A stretch of 24,000 nt of DNA from NCBI RefSeq assembly GCF_013141695.1, contig NZ_WHNY01000067.1, forward strand, positions 311,107 to 335,106, given 5' to 3'. Source of the DNA: Paenibacillus plantarum (GTDB lineage: Bacteria > Bacillota > Bacilli > Paenibacillales > NBRC-103111). The notes below the pieces were generated by a model. The model ran no database searches. It was not told where the DNA came from and saw nothing but the letters and a program-made list of their open reading frames with translations. Position numbers and translations under genes: made by a program. Positions 8,103-15,305 of the stretch are shown here, piece by piece; within the stretch, counting starts at the first letter, position 1, and each line of letters opens with the position of its first letter.

Positions 8103-8429
8103 TTACTGATTCTTTATGTTTTCTAACATGGAAATCGCATTCACAAGGTGATTATCAAATATTTGCTTGGCAACAATAAGCAAGTCTTTAATTAAAGGAT
8201 CTGTCAGGGAGTAGATCACAGAGGTTCCGTCTTTGATCCCTCGGACAACGTTTTTATTTCTTAACACGGCTAACTGTTGTGAAACGGCAGAACCTTCACT
8301 GCCCAATATCGTTTGTATTTCATTTACGTTTTTATCGCCATCTACTAAAACTTCAAGGATTCTTATACGCAATGGGTGTGCTAATGCCTTGAAAAAATCG
8401 GCTTTAAAATGCTGTATTTCTTGATACAT
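8103..8429 (-). CDS. ArsR/SmtB family transcriptional regulator (no Cys, no canonical metal sites)
   Basis: The winged-HTH signature FKALAHPLRIRILEVL...NEIQ...SAVSQQLAVLRNKNVV is present. I chose the ATG at 8429 (GAGGAGAA 4 nt upstream) over the track's TTG at 8450. Confidence 0.9.
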   Translation of the reverse strand: MYQEIQHFKADFFKALAHPLRIRILEVLVDGDKNVNEIQTILGSEGSAVSQQLAVLRNKNVVRGIKDGTSVIYSLTDPLIKDLLIVAKQIFDNHLVNAISMLENIKNQ

Positions 8430-8449
8430 ACCGTTCTCCTCTACTATCA

Positions 8450-8469
8450 ATATTCGAACATTTGAATAT
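8450..8469. promoter_or_regulatory. candidate ArsR-family operator O2 (autoregulatory, before the arsR-like gene)
   Basis: The site reads ATATTCAAATGTTCGAATAT in gene sense with 8/10 dyad symmetry. It lies 7 nt downstream of an extended -10 TGtTATGAT (plus 8477-8485). Confidence 0.6.
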
Positions 8470-8521
8470 ATAGAATATCATAACATAAACCGGAATGTAT
8501 GGAAGCAAGTTTTAAAATCCT

Positions 8522-8551
8522 TTGCGTTATTGAATACTTTTCAGTTATAGT
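8522..8551 (+). promoter_or_regulatory. possible sigma-A promoter of the Cys-cluster ORF
   Basis: TTGCGT (8522-8527) is followed by an 18-nt spacer and TATAGT (8546-8551), with operator O3 starting 9 nt downstream. Confidence 0.4.
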
Positions 8552-8560
8552 ATATGTGTA

Positions 8561-8580
8561 ATATTCAATAAATCAAATAT
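8561..8580. promoter_or_regulatory. candidate ArsR-family operator O3 (before the Cys-cluster ORF)
   Basis: ATATTCAATAAATCAAATAT on the + strand matches O1 at 18/20 positions. Confidence 0.55.
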
Positions 8581-8611
8581 ATAGTTATTTGAAAGTAAGG
8601 AACTGGTATGC

Positions 8612-9184
8612 GTGTTAATTGACGATGAATTCTATATTGCTTCAAGAAAGTATCTGATCGATTATGGCATGAGACAGTTGAACGGTTTAGGGGCAGATCA
8701 TATTTGTAAGGTGTGTATTCAAAATGGTGGTTCTTGTTGCCGCGCTTGTTCTTACTTAGTAGACGGTGTGGGCTGTCTGAATAGAAATACTAGTTGCACA
8801 TCTTGGTTATGCGGCTACCTTAAATTATTATTTTACAAAGCGGGACTAATACAAGAGTGGAATACCTTTTGGAAGGAAGTTCCTGGCATCGATTTTCGCA
8901 AGGATTATACCCCTCCAATGGTGAAAATGACGAAACATCTTGAAGTGAAACACATGAGAGAGCTTGGCGAAGCACTAGCGAATGACATAAAAATAAAGAT
9001 AAGTACAGAAAAGGATAATATTGATTTCATCGTATTGGCGGGTGAATTAGATGAGCTAATTGATGAGATTGGTTTTGCTTGTACTTCGGATATCGCTAAT
9101 CAATTAATAAAGAGGCTTAATTACTTAATTAAAGACTTTCATGCGTTTAAACAAATTCTCGAAAGCATCGATAATGGGAGGTGA
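8612..9184 (+). CDS. hypothetical Cys-cluster protein, YkgJ/UPF0153-like (CxxC..CC) N-terminal region plus helical C-terminal half
   Basis: GTG at 8612 has AAGGAA about 9 nt upstream; an alternative ATG lies at 8669. Nine Cys fall within 41 residues (HICKVCIQNGGSCCRACSYLVDGVGCLNRNTSCTSWLCG). The stretch NRNTSCTSW resembles the NRPxxCRxF part of YkgJ-type proteins. Function is unknown. Confidence 0.6.
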   Translation: MLIDDEFYIASRKYLIDYGMRQLNGLGADHICKVCIQNGGSCCRACSYLVDGVGCLNRNTSCTSWLCGYLKLLFYKAGLIQEWNTFWKEVPGIDFRKDYTPPMVKMTKHLEVKHMRELGEALANDIKIKISTEKDNIDFIVLAGELDELIDEIGFACTSDIANQLIKRLNYLIKDFHAFKQILESIDNGR

Positions 9185-9189
9185 TCCTT

Positions 9190-9294
9190 GTGTCTGTGAA
9201 ATCGCCATCTGGTGTCATACGTATATCAGACGATGTTATATCTATCATAGCTGTGTTCGCTGCTCTGCATACACCCGGTATTGATTCAATTTGA
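9190..9294 (+). pseudogene. Asp23/Gls24-family N-terminal fragment (34 codons, truncated relic)
   Basis: GTG at 9190 lies 5 nt after GGGAGGTGA, which overlaps the stop of the upstream ORF. The product VSVKSPSGVIRISDDVISIIAVFAALHTPGIDSI* matches the conserved Asp23 N-terminus (..SDEVVxxIAGxAAxEVxGIxxM) and then hits a stop. A shifted frame (to about 9348) still reads ..LEVNVRVENLAV*, resembling GVxVEVGExxAAV. Confidence 0.5.
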
Positions 9295-9364
9295 TACAAG
9301 GCTTCGCGTTCTGGAAGTAAACGTAAGGGTAGAGAACCTGGCGGTATAGAAAGTCGAAATGAAT

Positions 9365-9402
9365 AGGCTCGGATCGTAGTTGAATAACTACAATCCGAGC
9401 CT
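9365..9402 (+). terminator. strong hairpin, probable terminator of the Cys-cluster/Asp23-relic unit
   Basis: The hairpin is AGGCTCGGATcGTAGTT-GAAT-AACTACaATCCGAGCCT. The trailing TATTACATTTCC is only moderately U-rich. Confidence 0.55.
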
Positions 9403-9501
9403 TATTACATTTCCTTGATTGATGGGGGTTGCTAAAATTGCTAAGTTTAGCCAAGAAAGTTAAACTTAAAGAGATAAACTAAACATTGAAGGTAGGTTAC
9501 C

Positions 9502-10797
9502 ATGTTAATCAATTTGGTTTTAATCGTAGTACTGATTGTACTTACCGCTTTTTTTGTTGCGACAGAATTTGCCGTTATTCGGATTCGTCCAAGTCGTGTA
9601 GATCAAATGGTATTGGAAGGTAAGAAAAATGCACTAGCTGTTCAAACTGTTACTTCGAATTTGGATGGCTACTTATCCGCATGTCAACTCGGCATCACGA
9701 TTACCGCGCTAGGTCTCGGTTGGTTAGGTGAGCCAACGGTCGAGAAAATCCTCGGTCCTTTGTTCCATGGGCTTGGTGTAGGTGAAACACTGTCGCACAT
9801 CCTCTCTTTTGGTATCGCCTTTTTATCCATTACCTATATTCATGTTGTTCTTGGTGAACTAGCTCCCAAAACGTTAGCGATTCAGAAAGCTGAAGCAATT
9901 TCAATTCTAACAGCTCCGTTTATTATTTTCTTTTATAAAATTATGTACCCATTCATTTGGATTTTAAATGGCTCTGCGACACAACTCGTTAAGCTATTTG
10001 GCGTTAAGCCAGCAAGCGAACACGAAGAAGCTCATTCCGAAGAGGAAATACGCATTATTTTATCAGACAGCCTTGAGAGTGGAAAAATAAATAAGACCGA
10101 ATACGGATATGTGAATCGCATCTTCTCATTCGATGAATTGTTGGCGCGTGAAATCATGGTCCCACGTACGGATATGATCTGTCTCTATGCGGATAAATCA
10201 CTTGAAGAGAACATGAATATTATCATCAAAGAACAATACACGCGTTTTCCCGTAGCCAAAGAGAGCAAAGATCATATCATCGGATTCGTCAATACGAAGC
10301 AATTTTTCTTGAGTTACATCTCGAACCCTGATTTTAATTTTAAAGGTTTACTTCAACCGATCATGACGATTCCCGAAGGAATGCCCGTGAAGTCTCTGCT
10401 CAAAAAGATGCAGCGTGAAAACGTACATATCGCTTTGCTGATGGATGAGTACGGCGGAACGTCCGGATTGATTACGATTGAAGATATTCTGGAGGAAATC
10501 GTAGGGGAAATTCGTGATGAATTTGATAAAGATGAACTGCAAGAAATTGATAAGTTAGCCGAAGGACACTATGTCGTCGAAGGTAACGCCTTGATCATCG
10601 AGTTAAATGCTAGATTGGGACTTGACATTCAGGACGAGAATGTGGATTCTATCGGTGGTTGGTTATATAGTAAGCAGTCGGAGTTGAAAATAGGTGAACT
10701 CTGGCAGTATCAGGATTGGACTTTTATTGTGCGTGCTAGAGACACGAATCGAATTCGTCAAATTGAGCTTATTAAAAATCAAATCATACATAAGTAG
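9502..10797 (+). CDS. CNNM/DUF21-CBS-CorC_HlyC family protein (hemolysin-family / putative Mg2+/Co2+ efflux type)
   Basis: The N-terminal DUF21 TM region (ATEFAVIRIRPSRV), the CBS pair (REIMVPRTDM..., VHIALLMDEYGGTSGLITIEDILEEIVGEI) and the C-terminal CorC_HlyC domain are all present. Confidence 0.9.
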   Translation: MLINLVLIVVLIVLTAFFVATEFAVIRIRPSRVDQMVLEGKKNALAVQTVTSNLDGYLSACQLGITITALGLGWLGEPTVEKILGPLFHGLGVGETLSHILSFGIAFLSITYIHVVLGELAPKTLAIQKAEAISILTAPFIIFFYKIMYPFIWILNGSATQLVKLFGVKPASEHEEAHSEEEIRIILSDSLESGKINKTEYGYVNRIFSFDELLAREIMVPRTDMICLYADKSLEENMNIIIKEQYTRFPVAKESKDHIIGFVNTKQFFLSYISNPDFNFKGLLQPIMTIPEGMPVKSLLKKMQRENVHIALLMDEYGGTSGLITIEDILEEIVGEIRDEFDKDELQEIDKLAEGHYVVEGNALIIELNARLGLDIQDENVDSIGGWLYSKQSELKIGELWQYQDWTFIVRARDTNRIRQIELIKNQIIHK

Positions 10798-10851
10798 AAA
10801 AAGAGGGATCCCTCGCCACTTACATGGCTTTCAGGGATACCCTCTTTCTAT
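10798..10851. terminator. bidirectional intrinsic terminator between convergent genes
   Basis: AGAGGGATCCCT (10802-10813) pairs with AGGGAT(a)CCCTCT (10833-10845). An A-run flanks it upstream and TTTCTATTT downstream. Confidence 0.75.
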
Positions 10852-12084
10852 TTAAAACGCCCAATTCCCCTTACGGAAGATCGGTTCTAACGTGCCATCC
10901 GCGTGTTCACCGTCAATATCCATCTCGGCAGAGCCGATCATAAAGTCGACGTGAATGAGGCTGTCGTTCAGTCCTGCTTGCAGCTGTTCTTCTTTGGTCA
11001 TCTGCGTGCCGCCTTCAATACAAGTCGGGAAGGCGCGGCCGAGGGCCAGATGATTTGAAGCATTTTCATCATAGAGCGTACTGAAGAAGATTAAGTTCGT
11101 GTTCGAAATGGGAGAGATATGCGGCACGAGTGCGATTTCGCCTAAATAATGTGCGCCTTCGTCCATCTCAATCATCGCTTGCAACGATTCAAAGCCATGT
11201 TCTGCTGTGTAATGTGTGACGCGGCCTTGCTCGAAGGTGATCGAGAAATTGTCGATCAAGCTGCCTTGGTAGCTAAGCGGCTTCGTGCTTCGAACTGTTC
11301 CATACGTACCTAGGCGATTCGGGGAAATGAACACTTCTTCCGTTGGGATGTTCGGGTTGAAATCGAAGCCGCCTGTTTCGTTCGATGCGGAACCGCCTCG
11401 CCAAATGTGCTGAGGTGGAAGTTCCACTGTAAGCTCCGTTCCAGGAGCGCGGTAATGAATTTTATGGAACTGCTTCTCATTCAATTGTTCCCGTTTGCTA
11501 CGGAGAGTCGCGTTGTGATCCTGCCACGTTTGTACAGGATTTTCTTGATCTACGCGGGTAGCTTCGAAGATCGCATCCCATAAAGCAGTGACCGCAGCCT
11601 GATCTTCGAGATCAGGGAATACCTTTTGTGCCCAGGCCAGGGAAGGGGCAGCGATGATGGACCAAGTCATTTTGTAAGAAGACATGAATTCACGCCATTT
11701 GACCAGCAGGGGACCTGCCGCCTTCGCATTCGCTGAGATTCGAGCAGGATCCACATCCTTCAGCAGCTCGGGGTTGTCCGCGTCAATCCATAAGTAGGCA
11801 CCATTGCTTTCAGCTAACTCGGTTAGTGCTTGCGCACGCCAAGTTGGGTACTCATTGAATGATTCATCGGGCGCGTGTGTATAGCGAATTTGGGTGCAGA
11901 TTTCATCCTGCCATTCAATATGTACATGCTTAGCGCCAGCTTCGTACGCTTTACGAGTGATGAGTCTTACGAATTCGGGGTGCCCAATTGGCGCATTAAT
12001 CCAAAGCGATTGACCAGCTTGAATGTTGAGTGCTACTCGAACAGTCAGCTCCGCATATTTCTCAAGATTGTGTGCAAACGTCAT
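10852..12084 (-). CDS. aminopeptidase, peptidase family M29 (AmpS/PepS/aminopeptidase T type)
   Basis: The 410-aa product has the typical M29 start MTFAHNLEKYAELTVRVALNIQAGQ and conserved blocks (GTELTV, WRGGSA..G..F.PN.PTEEVF, HLALG, HVDFMIG). GGAGG lies 9 nt upstream of the ATG. Confidence 0.9.
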   Translation of the reverse strand: MTFAHNLEKYAELTVRVALNIQAGQSLWINAPIGHPEFVRLITRKAYEAGAKHVHIEWQDEICTQIRYTHAPDESFNEYPTWRAQALTELAESNGAYLWIDADNPELLKDVDPARISANAKAAGPLLVKWREFMSSYKMTWSIIAAPSLAWAQKVFPDLEDQAAVTALWDAIFEATRVDQENPVQTWQDHNATLRSKREQLNEKQFHKIHYRAPGTELTVELPPQHIWRGGSASNETGGFDFNPNIPTEEVFISPNRLGTYGTVRSTKPLSYQGSLIDNFSITFEQGRVTHYTAEHGFESLQAMIEMDEGAHYLGEIALVPHISPISNTNLIFFSTLYDENASNHLALGRAFPTCIEGGTQMTKEEQLQAGLNDSLIHVDFMIGSAEMDIDGEHADGTLEPIFRKGNWAF

Positions 12085-12317
12085 TAGAAAAATCCTCCTT
12101 TTTCCACATTAGAAAGTATAAGTTTTCGGTTCCCGAAAACGTCTTTCTAATTGGCGATAAAATTTCCTGGGGTCCCCACAAAGTAATCGGAATTAGCTTC
12201 GAAGGTTAGCGTCACTTTGTGGGGTAGAATAGCGGTCGCTCATCTTTGAATGGCCTCGATAGAGGTTTTCTCACTTCGTCTTGTTTGAAGTTTATCGCTC
12301 TGCTCGCCGACTGTCAA
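12085..12317 (-). promoter_or_regulatory. sigma-A promoter plus roughly 200-nt structured 5' leader of the M29 aminopeptidase gene
   Basis: On the minus strand TTGACA (12317-12312) is followed by a 17-nt spacer and TAAACT (12294-12289). The leader contains an 11-bp stem CCCCACAAAGT/ACTTTGTGGGG (12174-12184 / 12214-12224). It also contains a nested hairpin TTAGAAAG..GTTTTCGG-ttc-CCGAAAAC..CTTTCTAA (12109-12150), followed in transcript sense by a U-rich stretch just before the RBS. Confidence 0.5.
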
Positions 12318-12423
12318 ATAAATTTTACCGTTCGTAGAATTCCATTTTCAAAATGTATCTGAGCTGTCATTGCATGGAATTTTGACATTTGTTTACACTA
12401 TGGGCAGGAGGTGAATTGCGTTC

Positions 12424-13356
12424 ATGCGCTATGAATGGCTATTGGGCTTGTTGCTGCTTGCCCAGCCCAAAGAATTGCCTTTTCAACTATCGGATAACTC
12501 GAATGGAGAAAAGATGGCTCAGATTAGGCGAGAGTCTATTGCGACCGACCTCTTGGATATTCCACTGGTAGATACACAGAAATTAAACCGGCTTGCTGAA
12601 CAAATTGACAAATCGATTTACCGAAAGCCGATTAACGCTACAATTAGTGACAGTGGGGGCATCGTGAAAGAGAGTGCAGGCATTCGGTTGAATCGACGTG
12701 CTTTTATCAACCAATTCTATGGGCAATTTTATTTAGAAGGTCCCATGAATGTGGCGTTACCGCTGCAATCCCTGTATCCCAAAGTGGATAGTGAACTGCT
12801 TGCCAGCATTCGAGTCCGTCCAATAGGCTATTATGTTACCTATTTTAATTCCCGCAATAATCACCGTGTAACGAATCTCAAACTAGCTACACAGGCGATC
12901 AACAATTATGTTGTGCAGCCGAATGAGACGTTTTCTTTCAATCGCGTTGTAGGCGTGCGAACACCGAGCAGGGGGTATATGTCGGCAAAGGTGATTGTAA
13001 GAGGGGAATTCTCCGAAGGAATCGGCGGCGGTATTTGTCAAATATCCTCAACGTTATTTAATGCGGTTGACCGTGCAGGACTCACGATTATTGAAAGGTA
13101 CACCCACAGTCGATCAGTGCCTTATGTACCGCATGGAAGAGATGCTACCGTGAATTGGGGCGGGCCTGATTTTAGTTTTAGAAACGATTATAATCAGCCG
13201 ATTTTAATTCGCGCACATGTATTGCCTGGATCTGTCCACATCAGCATTTCTTCTTCGGATGGGATTAATGTGAAATCCCGTCATGTTCCTGGTGCTACAG
13301 AAGCGATACCTGAAGAAATTGAAACAAATTCAAATGTAAGAAATACGCTCCCTTAG
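12424..13356 (+). CDS. VanW family protein
   Basis: GGAGGTGA lies 9 nt upstream of the ATG. The protein has a hydrophobic N-terminus and the VanW core (FSFN..VG.RT...GY......I.....E.IGGGICQ.SSTLFNA, ER..HS......P.G.DATV). Confidence 0.85.
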   Translation: MRYEWLLGLLLLAQPKELPFQLSDNSNGEKMAQIRRESIATDLLDIPLVDTQKLNRLAEQIDKSIYRKPINATISDSGGIVKESAGIRLNRRAFINQFYGQFYLEGPMNVALPLQSLYPKVDSELLASIRVRPIGYYVTYFNSRNNHRVTNLKLATQAINNYVVQPNETFSFNRVVGVRTPSRGYMSAKVIVRGEFSEGIGGGICQISSTLFNAVDRAGLTIIERYTHSRSVPYVPHGRDATVNWGGPDFSFRNDYNQPILIRAHVLPGSVHISISSSDGINVKSRHVPGATEAIPEEIETNSNVRNTLP

Positions 13357-13491
13357 CCGCTATGAACCCTTCTAGAGGTCAAGATATGCATATTTTATGA
13401 AATAAAAGCACGAAATCGCAAGATTTCTAAGCTGATCTTTTGCTAATATAGATGGCAGATCATTCAGCTTGAGAAGGGTGGAAATCGCTTT

Positions 13492-14892
13492 ATGAAAACG
13501 TTTTTAGACGAAAATTTCTTACTTAACAATGAAACTGCCGTACATCTTTTTCATGAATATGCCAAAGAACTGCCGATTATTGACTATCACTGCCACTTAA
13601 GTCCGAAGGAAATTTATGAAAATAAACAATTTAACAACATCACCGAAGCTTGGTTATACGGTGACCACTACAAATGGCGGATGATGCGTGCTAACGGTAT
13701 CGACGAGTCCAAGATTACTGGTGAAGCTAGTGATTATGATCGCTTTGTCGCATGGGCTTCCACGCTTCCTATGGCGATCGGCAATCCGTTGTACCACTGG
13801 TCTCACATGGAGCTTCAAACCTATTTCGGTGTGTACGATATCATTAATGAGCAGAATGCACCAGTAATTTGGGAAAAAGTGAATGCGAAGCTGGCTGAGG
13901 GTGGATCCCGCGCTAGAGACCTAATCACAAACTCCAAAGTCACGGTCATTTGTACGACAGACGATCCTGTGGATTCCTTGGAATACCACATTCTAATTAA
14001 AGAGATTGAAGGATTCGATACGCAAGTATTGCCTTCCTACCGTCCCGATAAGGCGCTGGAAATCAACCGCGCTACATTCCTTCCTTGGATTGCGCAACTT
14101 GAAAAAGCGGTAGGCACGCCGATCCGCACGTATGATGATTTATTGGCTGGTTTAGAAAGCCGCGCTGTGTTCTTTGACTCTGTCGGTTGTAAAGTGTCTG
14201 ACCATGCGTTGGATTATGTGCCTTTTGCAACAGCAACCAAAGAAGAAGTCGACGCGATCTTCGCGGCAGGACTTGCTGGTCAAGCAGTTAGTTTGGAAGA
14301 CGAGAAGAAGTACAAAGCCTTCACACTGATCTTCCTTGGCGGCATCTACAAGAAATTGGATTGGGCGATGCAGTATCATATCAACGCTTCCCGTAACAAC
14401 AATGGACAGGCGTTCGCTAAGCTAGGTCCTGATACAGGATTCGACTCCATTGGTGATAGCCCTGTTGCCGGTGCATTAACGGGACTATTGTCCGCACTAG
14501 CGGTAGCAGATTCCTTACCGCGTACCATTCTCTATTCCTTGAACGCACGGGATAACGAGATTCTTGCTTCCTTGATGGGCAGCTTCCAAGGCGATGGCAT
14601 CGCTGGCAAAATCCAATTGGGTGCCGCTTGGTGGTTCAATGATACGCGCGACGGCATGATCTCCCAAATGAAATCCCTCGGCAACTTCGGTTTGCTAGGA
14701 CGTTTCGTTGGGATGCTTACGGATTCCCGCAGCTTCTTGTCCTACACGCGCCACGACTACTTCCGTCGCATTCTCTGCAATATGATCGGTGAGTGGGTTG
14801 AAGCGGGCGAATTCCCGAACGACGAGCAGCTGTTGAAACAGTTGGTTCAAGGTATTTCCTACAACAATGCTAAGCAATACTTCAGTTTCTAA
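13492..14892 (+). CDS. uxaC: glucuronate (uronate) isomerase
   Basis: Hallmark UxaC motifs are present: FLLNNETAVHLFHEYAKELPIIDYHCHLSPKEI, GDHYKWRMMRANGI, NPLYHWSHMELQ, WWFND and DSRSFLSYTRHDYFRRILC. Confidence 0.95.
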   Translation: MKTFLDENFLLNNETAVHLFHEYAKELPIIDYHCHLSPKEIYENKQFNNITEAWLYGDHYKWRMMRANGIDESKITGEASDYDRFVAWASTLPMAIGNPLYHWSHMELQTYFGVYDIINEQNAPVIWEKVNAKLAEGGSRARDLITNSKVTVICTTDDPVDSLEYHILIKEIEGFDTQVLPSYRPDKALEINRATFLPWIAQLEKAVGTPIRTYDDLLAGLESRAVFFDSVGCKVSDHALDYVPFATATKEEVDAIFAAGLAGQAVSLEDEKKYKAFTLIFLGGIYKKLDWAMQYHINASRNNNGQAFAKLGPDTGFDSIGDSPVAGALTGLLSALAVADSLPRTILYSLNARDNEILASLMGSFQGDGIAGKIQLGAAWWFNDTRDGMISQMKSLGNFGLLGRFVGMLTDSRSFLSYTRHDYFRRILCNMIGEWVEAGEFPNDEQLLKQLVQGISYNNAKQYFSF

Positions 14893-14898
14893 AATGAC

Positions 14899-14944
14899 AA
14901 CCCTTTGTGTGAGCGTGAGCTTGCACGAAGGGTTTTTGTTTTGT
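14899..14944 (+). terminator. intrinsic terminator of uxaC
   Basis: The hairpin ACCCTTtGTG...CACgAAGGGT (14899-14932) is followed by TTTTTGTTTTG. Confidence 0.85.
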
Positions 14945-15035
14945 GGAGGTTTCGCGGCGGGCTGTTGGTGGAGGTGGAGTGGTGGTGGGGGCAGGGGCAG
15001 GCTTAGTTCGGTGAGAGGGTAGAGTAGAGTGAATA
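14945..15035 (-). repeat. G-depleted (on the minus strand) C-rich degenerate repeat tract, same family as 1296-1510
   Basis: The plus strand is G-rich and C-poor, with about 5 C in 14961-15030. Its reverse complement reads CACTCTACTCTACCCTCTC...CCACCACCACTCCACCTCCACC, resembling the CTACTC/CCACCTCC units of the other loci. Confidence 0.6.
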
Positions 15036-15036
15036 A

Positions 15037-15215
15037 ATGGATTTTATACAGTTATTTTCGCATCAATTTTGTGAAAACGTCGATTAGATGGATTTTATAC
15101 AGCTAATTTAGCGGGTTTAGCCAATATGACCTGATTTCCTCAAATTTAACTACATGTTTTCCATCTAAATCCAAAAATCGAGGGAATTTCTCCGAAATAG
15201 CTGTACATTTTCCAG
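15037..15215. repeat. symmetric four-block repeat module (ATGGATTTTATACAG-type blocks, 51-bp phasing)
   Basis: Direct blocks lie at 15037-15051 and 15088-15102, and inverted blocks (CTACATGTTTTCCAT, CTGTACATTTTCCAG) at 15150-15164 and 15201-15215. Both pairs are symmetric about roughly 15126. Confidence 0.75.
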
Positions 15216-15242
15216 TTAATTTCAAATTCCGGGTAACGGATT

Positions 15243-15290
15243 GAAAAGCGAAACTTCCCCTACACATTCATCATTGAAGTGAAGGGGAAG
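15243..15290 (-). terminator. intrinsic terminator of the GH31 gene
   Basis: On the minus strand the hairpin CTTCCCCTtCAC...GTGtAGGGGAAG is followed by TTTCGCTTTTC. It begins 15 nt after the stop. Confidence 0.8.
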
Positions 15291-15305
15291 TCTATTCGCG
15301 TTCTA

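Noticed and set aside
9245-9454. 69-aa minus-strand ORF
   Set aside because: It spans the 9365-9402 terminator hairpin and the Asp23-relic region, and has no RBS and no recognisable domain.
12165-12185. GGGGACCCC in the aminopeptidase leader as a c-di-AMP (ydaO-type) riboswitch signature
   Set aside because: Only this short string is reminiscent of that class. The pseudo-two-fold architecture and the other conserved ydaO blocks are not visible, so the leader is left unclassified.
12389-12571. 60-aa + strand ORF overlapping the VanW start
   Set aside because: It is an alternative frame of the same region. The VanW frame has a GGAGGTGA RBS and family motifs, and this one has neither.
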